Source: Diplonema japonicum (taxonomy: Eukaryota > Protista > Euglenozoa: Diplonemea). Taken from it: a stretch of 64,000 bases of DNA. Position 1 is the stretch's first letter. Each line of letters begins with the position of its first letter. Below, piece after piece: positions 63,371 to 64,000 of the stretch. The stretch covers positions 1 to 64,000 of the forward strand of contig OZ025662.1 of assembly GCA_964019335.1 (NCBI GenBank), in the 5' to 3' direction. The position numbers and the translations under genes are program-made. The notes under the pieces were generated by a model, which was not told the origin of the DNA, made no database searches, and worked only from the letters and a program-made list of their open reading frames with translations.

Positions 63371-64000
63371 TTAACGCCCGCTGTCTGTTCCAGGAGGTGG
63401 TCTCGGTTTCTGCAGATCGGGAAGAATATGGAGGACTGGCCACAGGATAAAGGGTAGGGCAGCCTGCAGCATCGGTCTTATGGACAGTGTTTCGGGATCG
63501 TCCTCCTCCACAGGTCCCTGCGGCATGTCCTTTATATCGAGGATTGTGGCCGCTGTGGGTGCGGACTTGCTTCTGGAAGACAAGGACGGCTCAGACTCTC
63601 CGCCACTGGACGAGATGCCATGGCTCTCTTGGCCGCTGCTATTAGTTCCCATTTCCCACCCGTTCCCATTCCTCGGGGCAGAGGGGGCCAACACATGCAT
63701 CACCTGATGCTGCTCCATCTCAAGTTCCCTCCGCGATGACGCCAAAGCTGACTGAATCCACAGCCTCGTGTGCATTGCCTGTGCTGTGTGTGCTCGTAGT
63801 GGTGTAAATACCTCCAGCGTCGAGAGTGCACTCTCAGCGAGAAACATCACCTTCGTTCTCTCCTCCACCTCCTCCTTCAGCATATACTCCAGCCTGCCTT
63901 CGATATCAACGTTCTTTATACCAGGCCACGCCCCATTGCTGCCAGGTAGGGCCGGCAGTCTGACGGCTACACCTCCTTGTTTCCTAGCTGGGGGTGCTGA
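63371..64000 (-). CDS. 3' part of an unknown ORF, open to the window edge; possibly element-borne
   Basis: The frame of ORF 63371-63883 stays open up to 64000. Ser/Pro-rich low-complexity C-terminus. Confidence 0.45.
   Translation of the reverse strand, partial: SAPPARKQGGVAVRLPALPGSNGAWPGIKNVDIEGRLEYMLKEEVEERTKVMFLAESALSTLEVFTPLRAHTAQAMHTRLWIQSALASSRRELEMEQHQVMHVLAPSAPRNGNGWEMGTNSSGQESHGISSSGGESEPSLSSRSKSAPTAATILDIKDMPQGPVEEDDPETLSIRPMLQAALPFILWPVLHILPDLQKPRPPPGTDSGR

Noticed and set aside
1-64000. tRNA, rRNA, SL RNA or CRISPR arrays
   Set aside because: None recognised by eye. An Infernal/tRNAscan run would be needed to exclude small RNAs.

Overview
Eukaryotic nuclear DNA, most likely a euglenozoan and probably a diplonemid (inference). 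About 27 protein-coding genes all lie on the minus strand, many separated by only about 50-220 nt, which suggests polycistronic transcription. Unlike kinetoplastid genes, several carry cis-introns, and one gene is a kinetoplastid-type 'kinatase'. I reconstructed 17 very short GT-AG introns (31-50 nt) by hand; the seven spliced gene models all give open frames. The introns start GTA(TG) and most end in a C/A-rich ...ACAG tract rather than a polypyrimidine tract, and a similar tract precedes many start codons. The window opens with about 97 copies of a GGGTTTGC repeat next to an orphan ORF. Unusual proteins include: a TauE plus UAA/SLC35B-type transporter fusion; a membrane hybrid histidine kinase with two PDE-type GAF domains, two genes from a cNMP phosphodiesterase; a 2078-aa surface protein with 10 bacterial-type Calx-beta-like repeats and 10 Cys-rich repeats, six on their own phase-1 exon; an MsrA lacking its catalytic Cys; and a J-like protein lacking HPD. 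The gene clusters are interrupted by homopolymer-rich islands and DNA-transposon remnants: TIR elements, a TA-flanked Tc1/mariner/pogo-like element, and a Crypton-like tyrosine-recombinase remnant beside a long palindrome. All family calls are motif recognition by eye; no database searches were run.
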